64,000 nt of DNA from a virus: positions 32,001 to 96,000 of IMG/VR virus record IMGVR_UViG_3300022833_000005, one strand, 5' to 3'. A program made the translations under genes and the position numbers. Numbering within the stretch: position 1 is the first letter of the stretch; the number at the start of each line of letters is the position of its first letter. The notes beneath the pieces are model-generated. The model did no database searches and had not been told where the DNA came from. It saw only the letters and a program-made list of their open reading frames with translations. Positions 8,710 through 23,300 of the stretch are shown piece by piece.

Positions 8710-11364
8710 ATGGCATCATACAAAGACCCAGCAAACCTTAAGTTTAATCCTTATGTACAACAACGCCCAGTTGAGGCGATGATGAAAGTCGGTGTGTACA
8801 AACAAGAGAAATATAACGAAGGTGTACAGAAAATACAAACTAGCATTGATAACATTGCTGGATTAGATGTTGTTAGAGATGTTGATAAAGCATATCTTCA
8901 ATCAAAACTTAATCAATTAGGAAGTAACCTCAGCAATGTAGCTGGTGGAGATTTCTCCAATTTCCAATTAGTTAATTCTGTAAATGGAATGACTAATCAA
9001 ATAGCTAAAGATCCAAAGATATTAAATGCTGTAGGATCATCTGCTAGATATAGAAAAGCTTTAGAAAGTAAAGATAAAATAACAGGTGAAGGAAAAGGTT
9101 CTGCGTCTAATGATTTCTTATTTAAGAAAGGTGTAGATACATGGCTTATTGGGGATGCTAATGCTACATATAACGATACCTACAAACCTTATACTAATTA
9201 TAAGAAAAATGCACAAGATGTAGTAAAAAATCTTGTAAAAGATACTACACAACAAGATGTTGCTTTTGACTTTAATGCAAATGGAAATATTATAGGTATA
9301 CGTGATGCTATAACACGTACAAAAATTGAAGGTATTACACCAGGAAAAATACAACAAGCTTTATTAGCAGGTCTTAGTCCTAATGATTGGCAACAGTTAC
9401 AAATTGATGGTCAATACCAATATTCAAATGTAGAAGATTCTGCTTTTGTAAATAACATTAACAGTTCTTACACAAATACATTTACTAAATATTCTGAGGA
9501 AAGAAATAGATTATCTGCATTAGTGAATACAACAGGTGATCCAATTGAACAACAAAAATTACGTGATCAAGTTGAACAGTTAGATGATGTTATAAAAAAA
9601 ACCAGAAGTGAATATAATAATATATCTAAAGGTTTTAGTAATGGTGATGTTGAATCTGCAAAATCTCAATTATATACAAATGATTGGATGACTAATTTTT
9701 CTAATTCTTTTTCTAGTTCAAGTGTAACTCAAACTTATGAAAATAATCCTTTTGCTAAAATGCAAATGGATAGAGATAAGATGCGTCAAACTAGGGATAT
9801 AGCTGAGGCAAAGATGAATCAATTAGAAAGATTTAATAATAATAAAATTGAAATAGAAAAAGAAAAAGCAAGACAGTTAAAATTAAATGGGGGTTATGGT
9901 GAAATAGGTTTACCTACAAGTAAGGATGCTACAGATATTGATGTAATTGCTACATCTGAAATTCAAAGAGATAATACTAAACTTCAAGTAGATAATGAAA
10001 CAGGAAAAATTGCATCTAAATATCAACTTGATGAGGTTGCTTTACTAGAAGTAAAAACTTTGTATTCACAAGGTGCTGCCATAAGATGGGATTTAAAAGA
10101 AGATGTAAGTAAATTAATAGAATTAGAAAGACAACTTGATCTTCAAAATAAAACAATAGATAGTGCTAAAGGTGAAGCTAATACTTTATATCCAAATAAT
10201 GTAAATTCAACAAAAGCTATAGGAAACTTAGCTGGAAAAGTATTCACATTTCAAGAAGGGGGAGATACTTATGAATATGATTATCCTGTTGCCTCTGAAT
10301 TATTTAGAAAGTTTGATAGAGAATACTCATCTCTTACAGGATTTAGTTCAACACCTGCTGGTATGCCTTCTGGTAGTGGTAGTATACCAAAGCATAAATT
10401 TCATGATGACATTGCTAAACAAGAACTTAGTGCTGGTGATTTTAAATTATATAATATTTGGAGAACCCAGGGAGAAAGTGAAGGAGATAGTGGTGAAACT
10501 CTTTATAAAAATATAAATAGTGTTCGTAATAGTGTAAAAAGATTTACTGACGAAAGAGATGCAAAAGTAAATAAATATGTAGCTGATTATTTAAAAGATT
10601 CTCAAGTGATTAATCAACAAAGAGCATATTCAATACCTACAGGAAAGGAAGAAGAACGAGCTGCATTTAGACCAGTGCTTACTAGCATTGCATCAATTGT
10701 TGAAGATGTAGGATTACCTAATGATAAAAATTCTGCTGATGGTATTAGATCAGCAGCAGCTGATTTACTAAGTGCTTCTGTATATACAGACGATAATGGT
10801 AATTATAGTATCGAGGTGTTAAAAAAAGATAAGACTAGTATAAGTATAAATATTCCTCAAGATGTTTATGATCAAGCATTTCAGGGTAGATTTGATCAAA
10901 ACCCTGGAGTTAAAGCTTTTAATCAAACTTACTTAAGACAAATGTTATCTAATCAAAATGATTTATTTCAAAATCAAGAAGGTACCTTTGAAAAGAAACC
11001 AAAAAACTTCTATACTACTTCTACCAATAATGAATATAATACCACTCCAGAAAATTCACATTTAGAAGGTCCAATAGATTTTCCAAATGTTTCTATGTAT
11101 GGAGTATCAGGAAATATTGTAAGTAATAATAAACCAACAGGAGAACAATCATCTTTTATATTACAATTAAATGTTTTTGATCCAATTCTAAAAAAGCATG
11201 TATTAGTTAATCATCTATTTGCACCAATGGATAAAAGTAGATTAATTCCAACTATGCAAATGTTAAGTGATACAGCAATCTTTCAGTTACTTAATAATAC
11301 TGATAAACCTATGCCTTTAGAATATAAAAAACAATTAGAAGACGCTTCAAAACAATTGCAATAA
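8710..11364 (+). CDS. Cargo/ejection protein (C2-like)
   Basis: 884 aa, helical/coiled-coil; FNPYVQQRP N-terminus; directly upstream of the giant RNAP gene. Confidence 0.55.
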   Translation: MASYKDPANLKFNPYVQQRPVEAMMKVGVYKQEKYNEGVQKIQTSIDNIAGLDVVRDVDKAYLQSKLNQLGSNLSNVAGGDFSNFQLVNSVNGMTNQIAKDPKILNAVGSSARYRKALESKDKITGEGKGSASNDFLFKKGVDTWLIGDANATYNDTYKPYTNYKKNAQDVVKNLVKDTTQQDVAFDFNANGNIIGIRDAITRTKIEGITPGKIQQALLAGLSPNDWQQLQIDGQYQYSNVEDSAFVNNINSSYTNTFTKYSEERNRLSALVNTTGDPIEQQKLRDQVEQLDDVIKKTRSEYNNISKGFSNGDVESAKSQLYTNDWMTNFSNSFSSSSVTQTYENNPFAKMQMDRDKMRQTRDIAEAKMNQLERFNNNKIEIEKEKARQLKLNGGYGEIGLPTSKDATDIDVIATSEIQRDNTKLQVDNETGKIASKYQLDEVALLEVKTLYSQGAAIRWDLKEDVSKLIELERQLDLQNKTIDSAKGEANTLYPNNVNSTKAIGNLAGKVFTFQEGGDTYEYDYPVASELFRKFDREYSSLTGFSSTPAGMPSGSGSIPKHKFHDDIAKQELSAGDFKLYNIWRTQGESEGDSGETLYKNINSVRNSVKRFTDERDAKVNKYVADYLKDSQVINQQRAYSIPTGKEEERAAFRPVLTSIASIVEDVGLPNDKNSADGIRSAAADLLSASVYTDDNGNYSIEVLKKDKTSISINIPQDVYDQAFQGRFDQNPGVKAFNQTYLRQMLSNQNDLFQNQEGTFEKKPKNFYTTSTNNEYNTTPENSHLEGPIDFPNVSMYGVSGNIVSNNKPTGEQSSFILQLNVFDPILKKHVLVNHLFAPMDKSRLIPTMQMLSDTAIFQLLNNTDKPMPLEYKKQLEDASKQLQ

Positions 11365-11365
11365 T

Positions 11366-14300
11366 ATGGCAAATAATAATTTATTAGAAAAGGCTCAAAA
11401 AGGAAAAGCAATAGCTAAACCATTAATTCCTGCACCTACACAAGTATCTGCTCCCAACCCTATGGTTGATGAAGCATATATGCAAGAACGATATGGTAAT
11501 CATAGTGGCTCACGTCAAGTGACTGACTTACCTTCTATTAATTATCGAAGTCCTAACACAAGTATTGATATATCAGATGGTGGTGGATCTTCTGCGTTAC
11601 AAGATCTTTTAAAATTTGCATCTGGTAAAGATGAAAGTGGAGGAGGTATAACAAGAACTCTTGATGAATATGCTCAAAATGAGTCTGGTAGATATGATTT
11701 CTTTATGCCAGGAAGTTTTGATAATGAAGATGCTGCTGGACAACAGCAAGGTTTTGGTTCTAAAATGGTAAATGGTATAGGTAAGGGATTATTACTTACA
11801 GGTACAACTTTTTTACAAGGTACTGTAGGACTTGTCAATGGTACATTCCAAGCAATTAATGATGGTAAATTTTCTTCATTTTACGATAATGAATTTAACA
11901 GATCATTAGATGAAGCTAATAAGTGGAGTGAGGATGCTATGCCTAATTATTATACTGCTCAAGAAAGTAATGCTAATTGGTATTCACCTAAGTACTGGGC
12001 AACTGGTAACTTTCTATGGGATGGTGTAGTTAAAAATATGGGATTTGCAGCAGGAGCCTATTTTACTGGAGGTGTTTATACATCTGCATTAAAGGCTTTG
12101 CCTTATGCTTCTAGATTATTCTCTGTAGGAAAAGCAGCAGAAACTTTAGCAGCAACTGAGGCTGGATTAGCTGGTACTAATAATGTGGCAAACGCTTATG
12201 GTAAAATAAGAAAATTATCTGATACGTTTTTAAAAGACTACAAATCACTTAATCTTGGTGGTAGAGTTTTAGTTGCTGGTTTATCTACAACAGGTGAAGC
12301 TGGTATAGAAGCTTTACATAGTAGTAATGAATTTAGACAAAAATTAATTGATAAACACATTGAACAATTTGGTGTTACACCAGTGGGAGATGATTTGGAA
12401 GCAATTGATATAGCTACAGAAGGAGCTGGTAATGCTACGTTCTTTACAAATGTTGCATTGTTAACTGCAACCAATTACATTCAATTTCCTAAAATACTAG
12501 GAAGTTCTTATAAAGCAGAAAAAGGAATAATCAATGGACTAGTTAGAGAGATAGATGACATTGCATATAATGCAGGTAAGTTTACAAGTGTAGTTTCTAA
12601 GTATCCAAAACTTTCTAAACTAAATAAGATTAGACCTTATACATTTTCTATATCAGAAGCATTTGAAGAGGTGAGTCAATACTCTGCAACTGTAGGTACA
12701 CAAGATTATTATAATAAAAAATATAACGGTGAGGCAACTAGTTGGATGGAGTCAATTGGTGTTGGTATTACAACAGGTGCGTTTAGTGATGAAGGTGCTA
12801 AGAATGCTCTTATAGGTGGTTTATCAGGAGCTCTAATGTTAGGTAGAGGTAAGTATAAACAAAGTAAAGCAAAAACAGCTAATACAGCTAAGGCTATCGA
12901 ACTTCTTAATAAAACATCACTTTCTGATTTTACAAAAGAAACTATAAACTCTGTAAATAGAGGAACTGTTCTTCAACAAGATAGAGAAGCAGCTCTTAAG
13001 ATTGGCGACATTCTTAATAGTAAAAATATAGAAGCTGATTATATTATTAATTATCTTACTCCTAGAATTAAGTATGGTAGATTTGATTTAGTAAAAGCTG
13101 ACATTACAGAATATCGTAACCTTGCTGCCACTGAAGAAGGGTTTGCACAATTACAATCTGAAGGAAAAGCTCTTGAATCAGATACTAAAGAAGCATATAT
13201 AGCTAGACTTGATAGATTTGAAGAAACTGCAAATAATACTAATTCTTTATGGCAATCACTTAACTTACGTTATAGTGGACAACTAGGTGAAGATGGGAAA
13301 CCTACCTACACAAGTGACGTAATGAATAAGATGTTATATGCAGCTGCTAAAGTTGCAGACTTTGATGTTAGGATACCAGAACTATCTGGCCCATTAGCCT
13401 CAGCAGGAATTGATACTATAGGTATAGTGCAATCCCTAATTGATGGAAATGTTGAAGCTTTTAATGAAGCAATCGTATCTATTAAAGGTATGGACATTCT
13501 TGCTGATGAAAAAGAAATACTTGCTACTCAATTAGAAGATCTTTCTGAAATAGCATTAGAAAGAAAAGATTTTATAAAAGCATATGAGGATATTAAAAAC
13601 AACCCTAAAGAATATGCAGAAGCTCCATTAAGTGGAACTACTGGAGAAGCTGCTACACACTCTTCAGAAACTATTAAAGTTAAGACTAAACAAGGTGAAA
13701 TAGAAGTTGAATTAGGAACTGAATACTTTGTTGGGAAAGGTGTGGATTATTCAAAAGATCCATTAGATACTCCTGTAACTATTTCTCAATTTGTAGTAGA
13801 AGGTGTAAATGAAGATGGCACTCTTAAAATAAAAACTCAAGATGGGAATATAAAAGATGTATCACCAGATGTTCTTGAGAATTTTAAAATAGGAAAAGTT
13901 TCTACATTAGAAAATAATAAAACTGCTAACTTTTTCTACAATAATAGAAATGATATCTTTGAATTTAACTTTGGTAAAAACTTTGGAGGTAGAAGAAGAG
14001 GTAGACTTGAGTATCAAGATGGTAAACTTTACTTTGTATATTTAACTCCTAAAGGAAAGGTTGCAAAAAAAGAACTTAATAACTCTCATTTTATTCCACA
14101 AAAGGATTTTAAAATGCCAAGGGTATCTAAAGTGGGGAATGTAAACAGTCCACAACAACAGGAAGCTAGAGAACAATTTTTATCACCTGCTGAGGTAGCT
14201 GCACAAAAAGCTACACTTGCTAAAAATAGAGATGCTCGTCTTGAGGTTCTTTCACAGCTTGGTCAAGAAGCTACAGAAAGCCTTGAAGAAATAAATAAGA

Positions 14301-17300
14301 ACTTAGAAAAACAAACTAGTGAATTAAATAAAGTTAAAGAAGATTTAGAAAATATAGAGAAAATGAAAGTGGCTGGTCTTAATGGTCCAAAAATTAAATT
14401 AAACTTCTCTAAAGCAACTAAAGTATTTACACAAGCTTTAAATAAACTTACTAAATTACAAAATATTATTGAAGCTGATATAGCTGACCTTAATAATCAA
14501 AAAGAAGAACTAGAACTTAACATAGCTTATTTCCAAGATTTTACAAATGAGATAAGTGATTTACCAGAAGATAGTGATGAATTTTTACAAGAACTTAAAG
14601 ACCAAGTGAGTCTATTAGTTGATAATGGTAAAAATTTAAATAATGCATTGTCTGCAGCAAATAAATTAGCTAAGGGTGTGGATAAGGCTATTAAGGATGT
14701 CACTAAGTTATTTAGAAAAACATTAAAGGGTGCATACATTGTTGACCAAGACTATTCACAATATTTAAGTGAGTTATTAGATTTAGTAGCTGCAGGTGAA
14801 AACTTAGCAGTAAACTGGCCACTTCTAAAAATAGAAATGGCAAACTTTGCTCTTACTAGTGATCTCTCTAAAGATGCTACAGTAAATGATAATTCATTAA
14901 TTAATGCAATTGATTCTGTAAAAAAATTAACTAAAGACTTAGCTGATATGAGAGCTGAGTACAAAGCTAGAAAAATTATTACAGATAGGTTTCAAAAGAT
15001 AATGAATGAGTATAAAGCTCAAGTTAGTCAGGAAGAAAAACTTACTAATAATAATAAATTAGTCAATCAATTATTATCTACTGCTGATAATGGTCCTGTA
15101 ATTGATTCATCTAACTCAGTGGCATTTGAAGCTGAGTCTAAAAAATCAAATGAAATAATACCTAGAGCAACAGTACCTGTAGATGAGGATAAAGCACATC
15201 AAGTTAGAGCTAATTTATTTGGATTAAATCTAAATTCATTTTCTAACAGAGATAGTATACGTGGTATATTTGTTACAGCTAATACACAAGATCAACTATT
15301 ACCTGGTGTAATAGAAAGAATGCTAGATAATAATGCAGAACTTATTGAAAAGTTCAAGGATGGTATGATTATCATGGTAATGATTGATGAAAGTGGGGCT
15401 CTTGTAGGTGTTGATGGAAAACCTATACCTAAAGAATCAATCCTTTTAGATAATGCAATTTATCAAACAATGCCTTCACAAAGTTTAACTAGTGGTGGAA
15501 TGTTTAGAGAATCTACAACTCAAGAAGTTAAAGATAGTGTTATTGAACAATATAAAGCTTGGCAAAAAGAAACATTAAGTCAAACCACATTAGGTATACC
15601 TCAAGAAATAGATGCCTCTTTTGGGTCAACTGAATCTAATCAAAATAATACAACATCTGCACAAGATGCAGGATTAATTACAGAAGATGATTTAGAAATA
15701 CAAGATTTAATTTATATTCCTACAACAAACAAGGCTGCATCTAAAGGTACAGTTGCTTTCAATTCTCCATTTGGAAGTGTGTTTTTAGAACTCCCTAATG
15801 GATATGTAAAACTTAAGAATAGAATACATACAAAGGCTGAAGCTACTGCAATATATGATTCAGTGCTACAACTAGCTAAAAATATGTTAGATGTTTCTAG
15901 TGGAGGTATCAACAGTGATAGCTCTGTAAGAATTTTAAGTTTTTTAAGAGGTGTTGTATATTGGGGAATTCCAAAAGATCAACAAGGTAATAGAAAAGAA
16001 ACTGGAAACAATAGTGTATTTTTTGAAAAAGATAAAGCTACTGGTTCATTAATGTTAGTATTGTCAAAGGATGGTACTACTTTTAAATTTACACCAAGTC
16101 AATTAGAAAAAAATAAAGTATTGATTATTAATAAGTTAGAACAGATGTATAATAATGCAACTGGATCTAAATCAAAAGATATAAATAAGAAGTTTGAACA
16201 AATAATATCTATATCTATAGATGGAGAATTTAAATCTGTAACCTGGTTAAATTATCAATCATACTTATTATCAAATAAAAACCCTGATGGTTCTCAAAGA
16301 GAAGGGTATCAAGTACCATTGTCTACAACAATCAATCCTGAAGAAGAAGGTAAGGTAAATAGAAAAGGTATATACTTTTATACTACTAATACTGCTGATG
16401 ATTTTATTATCCCAGAACCTAAAGCAGTAGTTAAACCTATAGTTCCAAAAGTTCTATTACCTAAAGGGGCACCAACAGTTGCTTCAACTGATACAGAATT
16501 TGAATTTACAGTGGGTGGAGCACCTACTGGAAAATGGAAATTAGATGGAGTTTCAGTGAACACATATGTTTCTCCAGATGGAAAACAAATAATGTTTACA
16601 GCTTCAGCTGATACTAATATGGATAATTACACTGAAACAATTTCAATATTGAAAGGTGGTGATTTAGATGCTGTTATCAAAACAATAACAGATGCAGGAA
16701 AAGACTTTAAACAGATACTAAAACAAACAGTATATAACGCTATTGCATCAGAACTTACTGTTGATGCATCACAGGCAGCATATATAGAAGCTATAACACC
16801 TGCTCCTGAAGTAATTGCTCAAGATTCTGAATTTGAGTTTACAGTTGTTGAACAATCTGCACAAGATCAAATAGATGCACTTGAAGATCAGATTAATAAC
16901 ATGATGTCTGATATTAATTCAGAAGATCTTCGTATTGCTATTGAATCAGAAGCTGATAGAATTAAACCAGAAAATTGGAATAAGGTTGAAGCTTTCTTAA
17001 AGAAAAACTTTCCAAATCTTCCTGTATATAGAGTGAAGAATATTATTCAAGCTACTAATGGAAGACAAGCTTGGGGTATGTTTAAGGATGGAGCTATTTA
17101 TGTATATGAAAATGCAGAAACTGGTACAGCTTATCATGAAGTGTTTGAGGCTGTTTGGAAAATGTTTACAGATGTTAAAGAACAAGGTTCTGTAATTAAT
17201 GAATTTAAATCTAGACAAGGAACCTTTGTAGATAGACCTACAGGGAAAACAATTAAATACTCTGATGCTACTGCTGCTGAAATAAAAGAAGAACTTGCTG

Positions 17301-20300
17301 AAGAATTTAGAGATTATATACAAGATAAAAAGATTCCAGGTAAATCAAAAGGTGGATCATTTATTTCTAGGCTATTTGCAGATCTTAAAAACTTTATTTC
17401 AAAATTTCTTTTGGGTAAAGATGCACAGTCTAAAACTGAAGAGTTATTTTCTAAAATAGGAAATGGCTATTATAAAAAACATATGCCATATGCTACAAAG
17501 CTATCTATGGCTAAAGAAGGAATAATAAGTATTGATGATGCATTTGCTACATCTGAATCTGAATTTAGATTAAAAACTCTAAGTGATAGACAAAGTGCAG
17601 ATGTTAATGATGAAATGACCTTTCTTCTTATAAATAGTTTGATTAAAACAGATAGAAGTTTATTTAATATACCAAGTCTTTCATCAACAGAAGTTTATGA
17701 TAACTTAAAGGTGGGTGTTCTAACAACTATTAGAAAAAAAGAAATAGCAATTAATAAGTTACTTAAAAATGGAACTGATCTTCCTGTAGGTACTTTGTTA
17801 TCTATGGTTGAGCAAAATCAACAATTAGAAAGAGATGTTGTTTCTGACTGGACAAGACTTGTAGAAAGACATAAAGAATATATTAGATCTTTTGAAATTA
17901 CATTTGATGAAGCTGATAATGTTCAATTAGGTGAAGAAAATAAAATTAAAGAAAGTAATAAATTTGATGCAACAAAAATAGATAGTTTTAAAAAATCAAA
18001 TGTTGCTATTAGATTATTATTAGCATCAAATCCAACATATAGTGAAAATGGTAAACCTGTTTTATCATCAATAAACGGTAGGAAGTTAATGCCTGTAAGT
18101 AAAACATTTATAACTTTAATGAACAGACTTCATAAGTCTACTAGTATAGAAGATATGATGTCTAAGTTGGGTAGTATGGCAATGGAAGATCCTGCATATA
18201 AAACTCTTTACAAGCGTATAACTAAAACAGATGCTACACCTGGTGCAGTAGATTTAAGTAAAATAGATACTACATATGGAGCATCTTTACTTTCTGGAAT
18301 GTGGAAAACATTTAAGAAACAAAATCCAGATGTTAAGAATGTATTTATTTTTGATAATGGGGAAGTAGCTGTAGGTGATGCTGCTCTTTCTAGTGCAGCT
18401 AATCAATTAAGATCTGAATATATTAATTCTATTGCTACATTAGCTAAAGCTGGAAAAGGTTTCTTTACATACGATGTTAAACAAAATGCATACTTTGTAA
18501 GTAAGAAAAAGTTAGGAGCTGCTCCTACTAATACATATACAGAAATGGTAAGCTTTCTTGCACAGATGGGTATTCCATTTACTGTAGCAGAAGTTAAAAG
18601 ATTAAAAGGTTCTAATCAAAGAGTATTTTTTAATGCTGTAAATGGTATTAAAAGAAGTCTTGCAATATCTGGTAAGATTACAAGTCTTTCTAAAAAAACA
18701 TTAGATATAAATAAAAGATTATTAGAATTAGGTATTTTAAAAACAGCAATTGCTAACCCAGAATTTAGTAGTACATATTTTAATGTAAGTGGTGAGCGTA
18801 CACAATCATTCATAGGAACTAATGCCGCTTCTGACTTACACAATGCACTATCATCTATACAAAACTTAAGTGAATTAGCAGGAACTCAATATGAATATAT
18901 ATTAACAGATAGTTTCTCAAAAGGTTCTAATATAATAAATAGAATGTTTACTTCATCTGGACAACGTAAACCTGATATTGATTTATTTAATGTTGCATAT
19001 GCTGGTGGTACAATAAATGAGGCTAAAGGTCAACAAAAATCATCTGCTAATCTTACATTTACACAAAGACTTGCTCAAGAATTAAATATGAACTTAAGTG
19101 GTCAATATTTAAACTTGATACCAGGAGATGCTTCTATTGAATGGATGTTAAATATGGGTAACCCTATTCATGCAAATGATTTTAGTAGAGGTTTTACAGA
19201 TGTGCATGATATATTTAAAGGGTATTTTTTATCTGAATTTGAATTATCTAAAGAAGATAGATCGATAGCTAATGTAAAGAATAGAGAAACTAAAGATTTA
19301 CGTTTCTTCAAAGGTATACTGGGAGATAGCTTACATGCTGATGTAATTACAACAGAAGGTACAGCAGAAGAGGTGTATATTATGTTTGAAACTAAAATTA
19401 AAGAAGCTACTGAGCAATTTATAAAAAAAGATGTAGGTAGATATATAAAATATTTACAGGCGTATGGTGTATTATCTAATATCGATGGGACATATACATT
19501 TAAAAATGTAGACCTTGCTGCAGACATGGATGCAAATCAAATGATTAGACAGCTTACAGCTATCAATGTTAATTATATGATTGCTAACATTGAAATGCAT
19601 AAGTTACTATACTCTGACCCGTATCAATATAAAGATGAACTTAAACGTACAAAGAGTTTTAACTCTCCTCGTCAGGCAATTGTAAGTAATTCACCTAAGA
19701 TGAATGTTGCATTTAATAATGTATGGAATGAAGGATTTAAAAAAGGAGACGTTGGTTATACTAATTTTACACAAGATTATTTTCGTACAACTACTCATAA
19801 AGATGTAATAGGTATTGTAGATTTACCTGGTTATGGTTCATATGAAGAAACTGATGGTGGTGGTATAATATCACAGAAATCATATCGTGAGTTTAGAATT
19901 AGAGCTAGTGATTGGAATGAGAATGAAGAGTTGCAATACAGGTATGATGTAGCTTTTGAAAAACGTGATAAAAAAATAAAGTTAAGTAAATCTGAAATTG
20001 AAATTCTTAAAAATAAAAATCCTGCAATTAAAAGTGCTTATACATCACTTAAGCCTATTGTGTCAGGATCTAAACTTGGTAAAGATGGGAACTCTTCTAA
20101 ATTCAATAATGTTGTATTAGATAAGTATGCACTATACCCTCTATCTTATAGAATCTTAAAAGAACTTAATGCTGATTCAAATGCATTAAAGTTATATAAT
20201 AAGATGCAAAATGAAGATGTTGATTATATTGTATTTGACTCTGGTAGAAAAGTAGGTGCTGAAACATCACATGATACATATAATAAAGATGGATCATTTA

Positions 20301-23300
20301 ATGATGGTGAATATATAGATATAGTTAATATACCATTTTCAATAATGAGCTTACAATCTGAAGTTCCATCTAAAGGATCGGCATTAGTTACTAGAGGATC
20401 TCAAGTGACAAAGTTGATTACCATGGATTACATGGATAATGGAGTTCCTTCTGATTTCTTTTCTGGTAAAGAAATTAGTGCTAGATATAAAGCTTGGCAT
20501 AAATTAACTGAGAAAGATAAAAAACAAAGATCTCCTTTATATAAAGAGATAGTTCACAATCAAGAATTATTAGTAGAATTAACCAATGAAGGATTTAGCA
20601 CAATGCTTGTCCGTCTAGGTATTATTGAAAAAGATGGAGAGTATATTGTAGAAGATTTTTCAGAAGCTACTAAAACATTACGTGATGAATTATTTAAAAG
20701 AGAAATTAATGATAACATAAGTGACGCACTAACTGGATTTTTAGATGGTAAGTCTGTATTAGAAGCTACTCCAGCGTATCAACAAATTAAAAATATACTA
20801 TATTCAATTGTAGATAAACAAATTGTTTCTCCAAAAATATCAGGAGGATTAAAAGTACAAATACCTTCTGCACTACTTGAATCAACTCGTACAGAAGAAA
20901 CTACAATTAATGGGAAGAAAGGTTACACATCTGATGTTCTTAAATTTTATGAGGATAAAGATGGAGAAAGGGTAATGGAGATAATGGTTGGACGATGGTT
21001 TAAAAGCCCAAAGTCTGATGCTGAATTATTAGAATATTTTAATAATACAAAAGAAGGTCAAAAAATATTATCTGGATTAGCTTTCCGTATACCAACACAA
21101 AAACAAAATTCTATTGATGCAATTAGAATTAAACAATTTTTACCAGAGGAGTTTGGTGATAATGTTGTTGTTCCTGCTGGAATAGTTGCTAAGGTGGGAT
21201 CAGATTTTGATATTGATAAATTATCTATTTACTTAAAGAATGTCTTTATGAATAAAGGTGATTTAAAACTTGTACCATTCTTTGGGTTTGGTCAACAAGC
21301 TAAAGATAAATTTGCTGCTATATTTGATCAAGGAGGTTTATTTACTAAAGAACAAAAACGTCAATTAGATTCTCTTGGTGCATTGAAAGCTTTTGAAGTG
21401 GAAGGATTGTTTGATACAGAAGAAGGAGAAACTTTTAAAGATTTACTTGGCCAGATGGGTATAGTTGATCAAGAAGACACACTGGTTACTTTTGTAAATG
21501 AGATGTCTGAAATAGGAGTAAAGGATGCAGTGGTAAATAGATTATATAAACAATCTTTAGAGAATGAATTTATTCAATCATCTGAGAATTTAGTAACTCA
21601 TCCATCAAACTTTCAGAGATTAATTACACCTAATTCTGCGGAGCAACTAAAAGCTCTTGGTAAATTTATTGCTGAAAAAACTACAGGTGGTACTTTTGAT
21701 TATACTGATGTGTCAAACATGTTAGATAGAAGGTTCATGGCTAGGCTTAGACATTCATTTGTTATAGGTAAACAAGCAATTGGTATTGCTGCAGTAAATC
21801 AAACTAATCATTCTTTAAATCAAAGATCTGCTGTATATGTAGATAAAGATAGAATGTCTAATGTTTCCATAGAAGATGCTGCATGGTTAACGGTAGGTAA
21901 TGGTGATGTTAATTTTGAAAAATTTAATACAATTAATATAGATGGAAGAAACCTTCCGTCATTATCAGGTGTAACTAATTCAGATGGTCAATTGATATCT
22001 GATATACTTGGTCAATTTATTGATGGTTATGTAGATATATCTAAAGGTCCTTGGATTATGGAACTTGGTGCTAAACCAAATGTTGCTGCCACATTTATGT
22101 TTTTAACAAAAATAGGAGTGCCAATTGATACAGTTTCATATTTCATGAATCAACCTATAATTCGTGAATACTTACAAGCAATTGAGAATAAAGGATATTC
22201 TTATTTGTTTATCCAGGATATAGTTAATGAAACATTAGAAGAGTATGATAATAGAGACACATCTGTTATAGAAAGAATCCCTACTAAAACTCTACTTAGA
22301 GGTAATGTAGGTAAAGAATCTTTTACTGCTAAAGAAAAGAACGAACAACAATTTATGTTATTAGAGTTCTTGAAGTATGCTAAAATGGCTAGTCAGTTAT
22401 TTGAAGTTACACAAGGAACAAACTTTGATACATCAAACTTTAATGATCCTTATTTAATATTTAAAAAAGGTGTACAGTTAGAAAGAGCAAAAAATACAAT
22501 AATATCTTCAGTTGATGAAATTCTTGAAAATTCTTTTATAGGAAACTTAGCTGGTAAATTAAACCAGAGTAGAGATGCAATGGCTAATTTTCTAGTATCA
22601 GATAGAGGTACAGTGAGAGAGATTATACAAAAAGTTTTATTACCATACACAGGTGGAAATATAAATAATAAAAAGTTTGTAGGTATAGCAAGAAAAGTAG
22701 TCAATGATTTATTTGATTATGTTGTACAAACAGACCAGAATTTTAATTTAGCTTTACAAAAAATGTTATTGAGTGACAAAGGTGTTGCTTCTCAATTAGT
22801 TACATTTCTTAATCAAGTTAAGAAAAATCCAAGACATCCTTTATTTCACAATCATGTAATTAATTTACTTGAAGTGAGAGCTCCCATTAGAGGTGGTGAT
22901 TCTCTTCCTACTAATATAACTCTTAAGAATACTGACAATAAAGTGTATGATCAAAATAGTATCATATATGGATTTCGTGAATTAAAAGAAGCATTAGAAG
23001 GTCAAAGTGATTTATATGATAATATAGTTACATTATCTATATTACAATCAGGATTAGGTAATTCACCTATATCTTTTACATCACTTCTTCCTTATGAAGA
23101 CTTTGAAAAAATATACAATAAATCCTTGTCTAAGATTGAGAATATTCCTAACTTGAACGAATTTTACACCATTGGTGTATTTGAGAGAAATAATTGGAGT
23201 AAAAGTGATATAGTCCCTAGTACCAGTCTGTTTTCAAAGTTTGATGATAGGAAACAAAAGTTTGTTTATCCTAGTATAGAATACCTTCCGTCAAATGTAA